Program-made: the position numbers and the translations under genes
The notes under the pieces: model-generated
Seen by the model: the letters and a program-made list of their open reading frames with translations, nothing else
The model's database searches: none
Told to the model about the DNA's origin: nothing
Shown here: one piece after another, positions 28,765 to 36,860 of the stretch
Layout of the letters: each line of letters opens with the position of its first letter
Numbering within the stretch: position 1 is the first letter of the stretch
Assembly (NCBI GenBank): GCA_043767805.1
Contig: JAYUGC010000036.1
Coordinates: 18,875-82,874, forward strand
Reading direction: 5' to 3'
Length of the DNA: 64,000 nt
Source: Pseudomonadota bacterium
GTDB taxonomy: Bacteria > Bdellovibrionota > FAC87 > UBA2466

Positions 28765-29430
28765 ATGTCCTATCACTTACCTTTTTTTAAGAACCGGCCC
28801 GAAGCGGGAGATCAACTCGCTCAACGCCTGATCCGATACCAACGAGACTCGAAAGCCGTGGTCTTAGCCTTGCCTCGCGGTGGTGTTCCCGTCGGCTATG
28901 AGGTCGCCATGGAGCTAGGCTTGCCGCTCGACGTCTTTGTCGTCAGAAAGCTTGGGTTTCCCGGGCATCAAGAGCTCGCCATGGGAGCGGTCGCCAGCGG
29001 CGGCGTGCGCGTCCTAACTAAAGAAATCGTCGATCTCTACGGAGTTTCCGCCTCTACTCTGGAATCGATCACCGAGGCCGAGACCGTAGAGCTCGTTCGC
29101 AGAGAGCTTGCCTACCGGCGAGGGGAGCCACCGCGAGAGGTCGCGGGCCAAACCGTCATCCTGGTAGACGATGGGCTCGCGACCGGATCCACTATGCTCG
29201 CCGCGATCAGAGCGCTGCGCAAACGAAGGCCCGCGCGTCTAATCGCCGCGGTGCCCGTGGCCGCGCTTGCCGCGGTGGAGCTGCTATCGTCGGAAGCCGA
29301 CGAGGTGGTGTCCGTCGAGACGCCCAAGCCCTTTTACTCCGTAGGGCAGTGGTACGAGGACTTCACCCAGACAACCGACGCGGATGTTCGCTTTTATTTG
29401 AAGCAAGCGCGCCGCCGAACGGCGGCCTAA
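28765..29430 (+). CDS. Phosphoribosyltransferase family protein
   Basis: LPRGGVPV, ELAMGA, VILVDDGLATG. Confidence 0.92.
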   Translation: MSYHLPFFKNRPEAGDQLAQRLIRYQRDSKAVVLALPRGGVPVGYEVAMELGLPLDVFVVRKLGFPGHQELAMGAVASGGVRVLTKEIVDLYGVSASTLESITEAETVELVRRELAYRRGEPPREVAGQTVILVDDGLATGSTMLAAIRALRKRRPARLIAAVPVAALAAVELLSSEADEVVSVETPKPFYSVGQWYEDFTQTTDADVRFYLKQARRRTAA

Positions 29431-29495
29431 AGCCTCATTCCTAAACCGACGGAAGTAGTTCAATCATCCCGCGAGCCAAGCGCTTTCCGAGTCTT

Positions 29496-30002
29496 TTAGG
29501 CGACGAGCTTCAGCTTGTGCTTGCCGCTCTTAATCTCGTAACGCCCCATCAATTCCGCGGTTCCGATGACGTGGCCTTCCACTTCGGTCAGTAGCTCGTC
29601 CTTCGTCATGCCGGGAGCCAAGTCCACCGCGGCATTCAGCGCGAGGAGCCGGAAAAAATAGCGATGGGGACCGTCTCCCGGAGGCGGCAGCGGCCCGCCG
29701 TAACCCAGATGACCAAACGAGTTCAAGCCTTGCCGCGCGTGCGGAGGTAGCTCGAGGGTCTCCGACTGCGGGATGCCTTCCGGGAGCTTCGTGACGTTTC
29801 CTGGAATTTTATACAGCACCCAGTGCACGAAAGGCTCGGCTTTCGGCGCGTCTGGATCTTCGGCGATGAGTACGAGCTCTTTGGTGCCGTCGGGAATGCC
29901 CGCCCATTCGAGAGAGGGGCTTTGATCCTGGCCTTCACCAGTCAGGTCTTTAGGGATGGTTTCTCCACTGGAGAAGGAATGTGAGCTCAGAGTAAATGCC
30001 AT
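29496..30002 (-). CDS. YbhB/YbcL (PEBP) family protein
   Basis: EDPDAP, FVHW, GP.PP.G.GPHRY. Confidence 0.92.
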   Translation of the reverse strand: MAFTLSSHSFSSGETIPKDLTGEGQDQSPSLEWAGIPDGTKELVLIAEDPDAPKAEPFVHWVLYKIPGNVTKLPEGIPQSETLELPPHARQGLNSFGHLGYGGPLPPPGDGPHRYFFRLLALNAAVDLAPGMTKDELLTEVEGHVIGTAELMGRYEIKSGKHKLKLVA

Positions 30003-30025
30003 TTTGGTTCTAAGTCCTTTTTGGA

Positions 30026-30199
30026 TTACGCGACTTTTTTCACCGCGTACTTGCGCTTATTGTGCTCGAACTCGTCTTTGCAGGTGTTACTGCAGAAATA
30101 GATCTTCTGTCCCTCGAACTCGGCGGTGTCGGCCGCGTCCTCGGGCTGCACTTCCATCCCGCACACGGGATCTTTGCCGTGGAAGTCGAATTCAATCAT
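30026..30199 (-). CDS. YHS-domain small protein (57 aa)
   Basis: Manual translation MIEFDFHGKDPVCGMEV...IYFCSNTCKDEF...KKVA; AAGGAG RBS; below ORF-track cutoff. Confidence 0.9.
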   Translation of the reverse strand: MIEFDFHGKDPVCGMEVQPEDAADTAEFEGQKIYFCSNTCKDEFEHNKRKYAVKKVA

Positions 30200-30256
30200 A
30201 GCGTTTCTCCTTTAGGCTTCAGTTTTGTTGCAGACTGTAACTACCCGGGTACCGGA

Positions 30257-30904
30257 TCAGCTAGCCATGCGCCATTCGCGCCCGGACGCGCCCGTCTTCT
30301 CGAACTCTTTCCAGCGAAGCGCTACTTCGGGCCAGTTCACGAGGTGCCAGAAAGTTTTGACGTACTCAAGCCGGCGATTCTGGTGCTTCAGATAGTAAGC
30401 ATGCTCCCAAAGATCGAGCACCAGAAGCGGGGTCATGCCTTGCGAGAGCGGGCTCTCGTGATCTCTCGTCGTGAGAAGCTTCAGCTCGCCTGCTGGCGTG
30501 GTCGCAAGCCACGCCCAGCCGTTCGAAAAATGCTCGGTGGCGAGCTTGGAGAACGTCTCCTTGAAAGTCTGCAGGGAGCCGAAGGTACTCGTGATTAATC
30601 CGTCGAGGTCGCCTTCGGGGCCGCTCTGCGATTGCGGCGTGAGCACCGTCCAAAAAAGGCTGTGGTTGGCATGTCCGCCGGCGTTGTGAAGCACGTCCGT
30701 CCGGATCGAAGCGGGAAGGCTGTCGATGGATTTCAAAAGGTCCTCGACCTTCTTCTTCTCACCGGGGTGCTTGTCCATGACCTCGTTCAACTTATCGACG
30801 TAGGTTTTGTGATGCCCATCGTGATGGACTTTCATGGTGGCCTCGTCGATGAGCGGCTCAAGCGCATTGTAAGCGTAAGGCAATCTCGGCAGTACGTATT
30901 TCAT
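30257..30904 (-). CDS. sodA: Fe/Mn superoxide dismutase
   Basis: HHDGHH, GGHANH, DLWEHAYY; GG favours Mn type but the metal is not certain. Confidence 0.9.
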   Translation of the reverse strand: MKYVLPRLPYAYNALEPLIDEATMKVHHDGHHKTYVDKLNEVMDKHPGEKKKVEDLLKSIDSLPASIRTDVLHNAGGHANHSLFWTVLTPQSQSGPEGDLDGLITSTFGSLQTFKETFSKLATEHFSNGWAWLATTPAGELKLLTTRDHESPLSQGMTPLLVLDLWEHAYYLKHQNRRLEYVKTFWHLVNWPEVALRWKEFEKTGASGREWRMAS

Positions 30905-30929
30905 TTCAGCTCCCTTGCTCTGTTCTCCA

Positions 30930-30945
30930 TGCAGAGCCCGTGCCG
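30930..30945 (-). promoter_or_regulatory. sigma54 promoter for sod-YHS-ybhB
   Basis: CGGCAC-GGGCT-CTGCA. Confidence 0.65.
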
Positions 30946-30946
30946 A

Positions 30947-30962
30947 TGGTATGGCCGATGCA
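30947..30962 (+). promoter_or_regulatory. sigma54-like promoter for the DUF2171 gene
   Basis: TGGTAT-GGCCG-ATGCA (GG-N10-GC). Confidence 0.55.
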
Positions 30963-30999
30963 CGTTCTTTCGGATCTAACCCACAAAAGGAGGCCCCGC

Positions 31000-31272
31000 A
31001 TGCTGACGAGTCAGATCAAAAAAAATCTATTCGTGGAGGCACGCTCTACCCGCGGCGAGCTCTACGGCACTCATGTTGGAACGGTGGATCATTTGGACGG
31101 AGACAAGTACATCAAGCTCACGCGCAAAGACTCACCCGATCACCGCCATCATTGGATTCCCGTCGACTGGGTGGAGCGTATCGAAGACGAGACGGTATTC
31201 CTAAACCGAACCACCCAAGAGTTCTATCACGGCCAGCTCAACGAGCGGCCACCCCTCAAGAAGCACTCTTAA
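31000..31272 (+). CDS. DUF2171 domain protein
   Basis: HVGTVDHLDG..IKLTRKDS....HHWIP.DWV; AGGAGG RBS. Confidence 0.85.
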   Translation: MLTSQIKKNLFVEARSTRGELYGTHVGTVDHLDGDKYIKLTRKDSPDHRHHWIPVDWVERIEDETVFLNRTTQEFYHGQLNERPPLKKHS

Positions 31273-31288
31273 AAGGTAGGCCTACCTT

Positions 31289-31987
31289 TTAAGACGAATG
31301 GGGGCGCCACCGGCGGCGCGAGATGTGGAGTGTGGACTCGTAGTGAATTTGTTGCTCGACCATGTGACCGAACACATCGAGGAGGTTTTTGTGAGCGGTC
31401 TGATTCTCGGGGTACATGGAATCGAGTAGCCAGTGGATGGCCTCAATCGTGGAATAACATTCGGGAGTAGGTTGGTGGCGCACCCGAAACGTGGAAGGCG
31501 TCGAAGGCGTGAAACGAATCGTAGGAAGATGCGCGAGATTTTTGCTATAGCGCCGCACTCGTTTTGCCTGCGCCCAGGTCGCGTCGATGATGAAAATGAC
31601 GAGTCGCTTTCCCGGCGGAAAAATTGCGCGCCGGCCTTCCGGTGAGAGTGAACTTACATCCGTCGCATTGCGCGTGGGATAGAGTACCACGGGGTAGCAC
31701 TCCGGATCGGCAAGCAGCGCATTCACTTTCGTGTTGTGCGTGTAGTTGCTTCCTTCGAGCAAAAGCGAGTTCGGCAAACAAAGGTGTGCCATGCGGCCGG
31801 TCGCAATCGAGCGGCGCGCTTCGTGCCGGTGGATCAAAATCACGAAAAGCGGGTCCGGAGTGAAGGCTTGGATTTTCGGGCAGTAACAACCTACCAGGGG
31901 GCGGCGGCAGCGCTCACACTTTGGCCGCGGGCCCTTGATGGCCGCGGCTCGCCGCTCTTTCTCCAGTAGGTAGGTCTGTAAATTCAT
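31289..31987 (-). CDS. DTW-domain tRNA-uridine aminocarboxypropyltransferase (TapT/YfiP-like)
   Basis: N-terminal CxxC..CxC, H..E.....TG, DATW, STIEA. Confidence 0.88.
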   Translation of the reverse strand: MNLQTYLLEKERRAAAIKGPRPKCERCRRPLVGCYCPKIQAFTPDPLFVILIHRHEARRSIATGRMAHLCLPNSLLLEGSNYTHNTKVNALLADPECYPVVLYPTRNATDVSSLSPEGRRAIFPPGKRLVIFIIDATWAQAKRVRRYSKNLAHLPTIRFTPSTPSTFRVRHQPTPECYSTIEAIHWLLDSMYPENQTAHKNLLDVFGHMVEQQIHYESTLHISRRRWRPHSS

Positions 31988-32038
31988 GAGGGGCGAATAT
32001 AGGGGGCGGGGCCTCGAAAGTCACAAAAGCTTCAAATA

Positions 32039-32155
32039 ATGCTGACCGTTCCTCAGTTTCGGGTGGTCGCCGCCATCGGGCGGGGCATGGCCCGCGCCAG
32101 CGAGTTAGCCCGCTTTCTCGGAGTCAGCTAGGCCGCCATGTCCAAGACGATTGCC
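32039..32155 (+). pseudogene. MarR-type HTH regulator remnant
   Basis: MLTVPQFRVVAAIGRGMARASELARFLGVS*AAMSKTI; TAG at 32129-32131; resemblance ends at the palindromic element. Confidence 0.7.
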
Positions 32156-32228
32156 AAAAGGTGTGTGGATACTTTTAGCTGGCGGCGGCACGGGATTTGC
32201 CTTAGCTAAAAGTATCCACACACCTTTT
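32156..32228. repeat. Palindromic element copy 2
   Basis: Perfect 25-bp inverted repeat AAAAGGTGTGTGGATACTTTTAGCT (32156-32180 / 32204-32228), 23-nt spacer. Confidence 0.9.
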
Positions 32229-32985
32229 AGCCGGTTCGGCGGAAGGGGAGCGCGTTTTCGGCGAGAGAGTGCAGGGTCATGGCGTTTGGGAGAGCGGCGC
32301 CCATCGCGGTGTTATCGAAGATGCACCAAACTTCGACCCCTTGCTCGGACCAGGCGAGCAAGTCTGAGAAAAGATTTTCGAGCTGAGGCCCGGAGTAAGC
32401 CGAGTAATACATCTGCGGCGATCCATGCAGCCGGTAGTACACGAGCCGCTTGGACGCTAGCGGTTGCGCGGCGGCCGGCACCGGATCGGCGGCCACCCGC
32501 GCGATGTCGAGCTTCGTGAAAAGCACTTCGGCTTCCGGTGTAAACCAGGTCCGATGGCGTGGCTCGCAAACAATGGCGCCGCGAAACCGAAGCCGAAGCT
32601 CGGACAAGAAAGTGTGCGCGACTTTCGGCTCCAGCCAAAGGCTCGGCGGCAATTGAACGAGGAGCGGCCCCAATTTCTTACCCAAGCCCGCGACCTGATC
32701 GAGAAAGGCCACGAGCAGTTCGCTTGCGCCTTTAAGCCGATGCACGTGGGTAATGGCTTTCGGAACTTTCACCGAGAAGCGGAAATCTTCCGGGACGGAC
32801 TCCGCCCAACGGCGGTAAGTCTCCCAACGATGAGGCCGATAGAAGGAGGAGTTAATCTCGACCGAGGGGAATCTTCCAGCGTAGCGATGTAAATGCGTGC
32901 CTTCTCCCGGAAATTCCTCGGCAAGAATCGTGGGCAGCGCCCAGCCGGCGCATCCCGTTCTAATGCGTTTCGATTTTGGCGCCAT
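32227..32985 (-). CDS. DUF72 domain protein
   Basis: G.AGW, VEINSSFY, FSVKVP..ITH, QLPPS, EPRH..W, RLHG, FDN. Confidence 0.92.
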   Translation of the reverse strand: MAPKSKRIRTGCAGWALPTILAEEFPGEGTHLHRYAGRFPSVEINSSFYRPHRWETYRRWAESVPEDFRFSVKVPKAITHVHRLKGASELLVAFLDQVAGLGKKLGPLLVQLPPSLWLEPKVAHTFLSELRLRFRGAIVCEPRHRTWFTPEAEVLFTKLDIARVAADPVPAAAQPLASKRLVYYRLHGSPQMYYSAYSGPQLENLFSDLLAWSEQGVEVWCIFDNTAMGAALPNAMTLHSLAENALPFRRTG

Positions 32986-32986
32986 C

Positions 32987-33778
32987 TCAATCCTCTCGTT
33001 CGAGATGTAGCAAAGACAGTACCAACTCCGGCGTCAGCCGGATGGATTCTTCCCGAACCCAGAGGGGGAGAGCATCGGCATCTTCCAACCAAAAAGCCGC
33101 CCGCAAGGGAACGGCTTGGATATCGGTGCGCGAAGAGGTGAGGAGCTGGTGTGCGGCGGAGAGTTTGTCCGGCTGCTGCTTCATCTCGATGTCGGGAGAA
33201 ACATTCGCGCCTTTGGCCCACCAGATCCGGCCCTTGGGGGCGTAGCAAACTAAAATGAGAGGAGCGGCGTCCAGTTCCACCCAGCGAATCGCGGTGGCGG
33301 TGAGGCTCGTCTGAAAGAGTTTTCCCATCGCCTCGATGTTGGCCAAGCAGGGCGGCCGCTCCGCCATGAATTTCGTGCACAAGGGCCGGGGTAGAAGGAG
33401 ATCCACGGCGTATCGGTTCGCCCGCCGTTCCGGATTCTTTTCCCCGCGGTTCAGCGGCTGCACCAGCGCGTCTCCGCCACAGGCGAACGCGGTCTTGCCC
33501 CGATCCCACATCCAGTGACCCAGCTCGTGCGCCGCCGAAAAGCGCTGGCGAGGCACGCTCGACTGGCTGTTCACGGTGATGAAAGCTCTCTTCCCGTAAC
33601 CGATGAGGCGCGCTTCGCTGCCCTCCATGGGCTCGTAAAGGACGGTAGCGCCACAATGCTGAGCGATCGCCTCGATTTGAATATCGCCCGGGGTCTCGAT
33701 ACCCAGCTCGAGAAGAAGATCGTCGGCGGAGACATGGGGCTCGGCGCTTACCGCGGCCAAGTCAGCGTCGATCGCCAT
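32987..33778 (-). CDS. ImmA/IrrE (DUF955, CapP-like) Zn metallo-endopeptidase
   Basis: RQRFSAAHELGH, E..AN.YA..LL.P, F.TS..A.AIR HTH-like segment, C-terminal beta-rich region. Confidence 0.92.
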   Translation of the reverse strand: MAIDADLAAVSAEPHVSADDLLLELGIETPGDIQIEAIAQHCGATVLYEPMEGSEARLIGYGKRAFITVNSQSSVPRQRFSAAHELGHWMWDRGKTAFACGGDALVQPLNRGEKNPERRANRYAVDLLLPRPLCTKFMAERPPCLANIEAMGKLFQTSLTATAIRWVELDAAPLILVCYAPKGRIWWAKGANVSPDIEMKQQPDKLSAAHQLLTSSRTDIQAVPLRAAFWLEDADALPLWVREESIRLTPELVLSLLHLERED

Positions 33779-34196
33779 TCAATACCCCTAACGCTTCGAG
33801 CTGTTTCAGAAGGCTTTCCACATCGGCGTCGGAGAGGCTCTTGAACTCACGGTGTTGCAGAGTCAAAAACGTCTTCTCTCCTTGGGGGAATCTTTGAAAA
33901 ATGGAATTGAGTAGCTCACGCCGGTCGGATTCCCCCGAGGGGAGCGTGTAGCTGCGGTCTTTATAACGGCGGACCTCTTCGCGATAAACAGCGAGCGCGT
34001 TATTCAACGCTTTTTGCTTAAAAGATCGGACACCATCCAGGAGACAGGCTCTAACTTGTTCGGCTTTGTGAGAGGCCTCGGGGCCTGCGTCTCTGAGCAC
34101 TTCCGCGTCTGTATCCTGGAGTGAGCTGTCGGCCAGCATCGCAAACAGCTTTTGTATTTCTTCCGTGTCCCTATTTTCTGGATATATAGATGCCAT
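33762..34196 (-). CDS. Hypothetical helical protein (candidate anti-sigma or peptidase substrate)
   Basis: GGGAG RBS; starts 14 nt after the sigma stop; overlaps the peptidase start by 17 nt. Confidence 0.8.
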   Translation of the reverse strand: MASIYPENRDTEEIQKLFAMLADSSLQDTDAEVLRDAGPEASHKAEQVRACLLDGVRSFKQKALNNALAVYREEVRRYKDRSYTLPSGESDRRELLNSIFQRFPQGEKTFLTLQHREFKSLSDADVESLLKQLEALGVLNGDRR

Positions 34197-34210
34197 GCTA
34201 ACTCCCTACC

Positions 34211-34819
34211 TCAAGAGGTTTGTGCGAGGCGTTCCACGCCTCGTCTCATGCGCTTTAAAGCGCTCTCATAATTTTTTCTGTCCAGGCTAGCGTTAACTTG
34301 GATTTCAGGGCCGGTGAGGCCTTCACTCAGTCCGTCTAAGATGCTCATGACGTCTTCGTCATGCTCGAAATGCGCTTTGATGCGACGAAGCTGTTGCTGA
34401 GCTTCAAGGACTCTTTCTACGCTGGGGCTCGATGAAGAAGCGGAGCTGATGGGGCTGAACTTACCGGACTCATCACTGACATCGGACTCGTTCAGTACGC
34501 TTACCGTGCGCTCTCTCTCGTTCCAATGACTCGAGAGACTTCTCATTACGCCCACGAGATGCGTAAAAAAACCGACCTTCCTGCGCTTCCAGCGCCTCTC
34601 GCCACCCAATGTGGCTACCACCGCTTCCTCGAGCAAATCCTCATGGTCCCGGCCTAATGTCCGCCCGCCTAGGGAACGGATACGATAACGCGCGTAACGC
34701 TCCAGTCTCAGCAGCTCTTCCTCAGTCAGCGAGCGAATGGCGGACTGAACTTCGTCGATAGACGCAGCTTGCTCTTCGGTCTCAGAACGCAAAACTACGT
34801 TATCAGGGACTTCGATCAT
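34211..34819 (-). CDS. Divergent ECF-like RNA polymerase sigma factor
   Basis: Sigma2-like DHEDLLEEA..RRW..FFTHLVGVMRS; sigma4-like EGLTGPEIQ..LDRKNYESALKRMRR; start uncertain (34819 or 34831). Confidence 0.72.
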   Translation of the reverse strand: MIEVPDNVVLRSETEEQAASIDEVQSAIRSLTEEELLRLERYARYRIRSLGGRTLGRDHEDLLEEAVVATLGGERRWKRRKVGFFTHLVGVMRSLSSHWNERERTVSVLNESDVSDESGKFSPISSASSSSPSVERVLEAQQQLRRIKAHFEHDEDVMSILDGLSEGLTGPEIQVNASLDRKNYESALKRMRRGVERLAQTS

Positions 34820-34989
34820 CCTAAGTCCCATATAACACAGTGCCGGCCACCCATAAATTCCGGACGCGTCGAAGAAAAAAATTCCTTTTGTCCAAAAAAG
34901 AGAAACGAACGGCATTCACACTCGTGAATACAGAAAACACGAATAGAGACAAACAAACGGGAACTGAGCACTCGGGAAGGAATCCATCC

Positions 34990-36069
34990 ATGGCTAAAAC
35001 GAAAGAACCGCAAAGAATGCAAGTGCGAGTCGGGCAGGATCGCACCTTGGCCGGGCGGAGCGGCCGCTTAGACAAATGGGTGCAGTCGATGCCCCAAGAT
35101 CTTAGTCAAAAGAAGCCTACTAGCATTTCGGCGGAGCTGGCCACGATGCAGGCGAACGCCTTGAAGGCGCGCTCGCAATGGGAAGACTTGAAAGAACAGG
35201 CGGTTCTGGCCTACGAGTCCGGCTTACTCCCGAGGTCCATCGATAGCCGCGAGAGAGCGGTCACCATCGCGCTCATGGGCAAAGAGCTCGGCGTCGCTCC
35301 CATGCAGGCCCTCTGCGGGATTTACGTCGTCAACGGCATGGTGGCGCTTCGGGGAAGCTTGATGTTGCGGCTTATCTACGAGCGAGTTCAAGGCGCTCGT
35401 ATCACGGTGCTGACGGCGCCTGACCGATCCGAGCAGGAATGCGCGGTCGAGATGACTCGTCCGAACGGAACGCCTCAGGTATTTCGTTATACGGTGGAAG
35501 ACGCGAAAAAAGCGGGCTTCATGAATAAGCCGATTTGGCAGCAGCACACGGCAACCATGTTGCGGTGGGCGGCCATTCGCACCGGAGCCCGAGTCGTCTT
35601 CGCCGATGCCATCGCGGGATGTTACATGGAAGACGAGATCCCAGCCTCGGATACGGTGAGCATGCCGGTCGAAACTCCGGTCTTCGCTTCCGCTCCCGTC
35701 TCGGTGCAGGCCCAGTCCGCGCCGGCAACGGCGGCGGCAAGCGCGCCGAAAGTCGAGACGCCGGTGGCCGCGCCGAAGGTAGAAGTCAACGAGCGTACGG
35801 ATTTCGAAGCCGCGCCTTTGTTTGACTCGTCGCCGTCTCGTCCTCGTACGGTAGTGGCTTCGCTCCCGCGCACGGTAACCAAAAAGCGAGTAAGCCGGCT
35901 TTACGCCATCGCTTACCAGCACAAATGGAGTCGTCAGGAAGTGGGAGTGGCCGTCGATAAGTGGTTCCAGAAACGGGATCCTCGGCAGTTAAATCGCGCC
36001 GAGTACGACCGGATCTGCCAATACCTCTTGGACAACGGCACGAAGGACATGTTGAACGAAAGAGCTTGA
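34990..36069 (+). CDS. Phage-type RecT family ssDNA-annealing recombinase
   Basis: SGL.P, G.ELG..PMQAL..I.VV.G, DAKKAG, W......ML..A....AR..F.D...G.Y..DE; Ala/Pro linker; helical C-terminal domain. Confidence 0.85.
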   Translation: MAKTKEPQRMQVRVGQDRTLAGRSGRLDKWVQSMPQDLSQKKPTSISAELATMQANALKARSQWEDLKEQAVLAYESGLLPRSIDSRERAVTIALMGKELGVAPMQALCGIYVVNGMVALRGSLMLRLIYERVQGARITVLTAPDRSEQECAVEMTRPNGTPQVFRYTVEDAKKAGFMNKPIWQQHTATMLRWAAIRTGARVVFADAIAGCYMEDEIPASDTVSMPVETPVFASAPVSVQAQSAPATAAASAPKVETPVAAPKVEVNERTDFEAAPLFDSSPSRPRTVVASLPRTVTKKRVSRLYAIAYQHKWSRQEVGVAVDKWFQKRDPRQLNRAEYDRICQYLLDNGTKDMLNERA

Positions 36070-36181
36070 AGGCTAGGGCTCCCCAGTAGTTTAGAGAGCC
36101 CAACGAGAGCGGGGTCTTTATGAGGAACGCATGGCTTCTCCCCACTGCGTGCTTCAATAGGCCCCGCTTTCTTTATTGGGA

Positions 36182-36814
36182 TTAGGCGCGCTGGAAAGCG
36201 AGAGCCATGTTCGTGGGCAGGGGGAATTTTTTACCCGCCAAAGTCATCTGGTACTCGGAAGCGATTTCATTTAGCCACTCCGGCCTAAACAGATTCACCC
36301 GGAAGCCTTGAACCCATTTTTCGAAGCGATAGTACGTTCCCCCTAGGCCGACGCGCGGGCACAAGACGACGAGCCTGCCACCAGGGGCGACCAGGCGGCA
36401 GAGGTTTCTGAAAGACGATTCGGGATTACTGACGAAATCGAGGCTTCCCGCGCAGATGACTCTGTCGAAGGTGCGCTTTAAGACGAGACTCTCCAAATCA
36501 TCGACCCACGCCTCGTCGAGCCGGCGCGCTACTTCTTCGATCATATCGGGCGCGGCATCGAAGGCGCAGACGTAAGCGCCCCCACGTTTGGCTTCCAGCG
36601 CATAGAAGCCCGAGCCGCATCCCGCATCGATGACCGCGCGGGCTCCGGTGAGCTCGCAAAGACTCAAAACCGCCGACCGCTCCCGCCGTCTGGCAAGGCC
36701 AAGAGCGCCTCGCTTGACGTGCGTGTCGTATTTCCGAGCCAGGGTGTTGTAATAAAGGACCGCCCGATCTCTATCGGCTGCCGTAACGTGGAACTCAGCT
36801 GTCGCGTTCATCAT
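36182..36814 (-). CDS. Class I SAM-dependent methyltransferase
   Basis: VIDAGCGSG, FDRVIC, V.PGG.L. Confidence 0.88.
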   Translation of the reverse strand: MMNATAEFHVTAADRDRAVLYYNTLARKYDTHVKRGALGLARRRERSAVLSLCELTGARAVIDAGCGSGFYALEAKRGGAYVCAFDAAPDMIEEVARRLDEAWVDDLESLVLKRTFDRVICAGSLDFVSNPESSFRNLCRLVAPGGRLVVLCPRVGLGGTYYRFEKWVQGFRVNLFRPEWLNEIASEYQMTLAGKKFPLPTNMALAFQRA

Positions 36815-36831
36815 AAGCTGAGCTTAGAAAG

Positions 36832-36847
36832 AGCAAATTCAGTGCCA
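36832..36847 (-). promoter_or_regulatory. sigma54 -24/-12 promoter
   Basis: TGGCAC-TGAAT-TTGCT, exact consensus. Confidence 0.7.
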
Positions 36848-36860
36848 AGGACGCCGAGTC

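Noticed and set aside
32151..32519. ORF starting in palindrome copy 2
   Set aside because: Antisense to DUF72, no RBS, low-quality composition
32227..36069. Prophage or ICE call based on the RecT and ImmA-like genes
   Set aside because: No integrase, att repeats, replication, conjugation or structural genes seen
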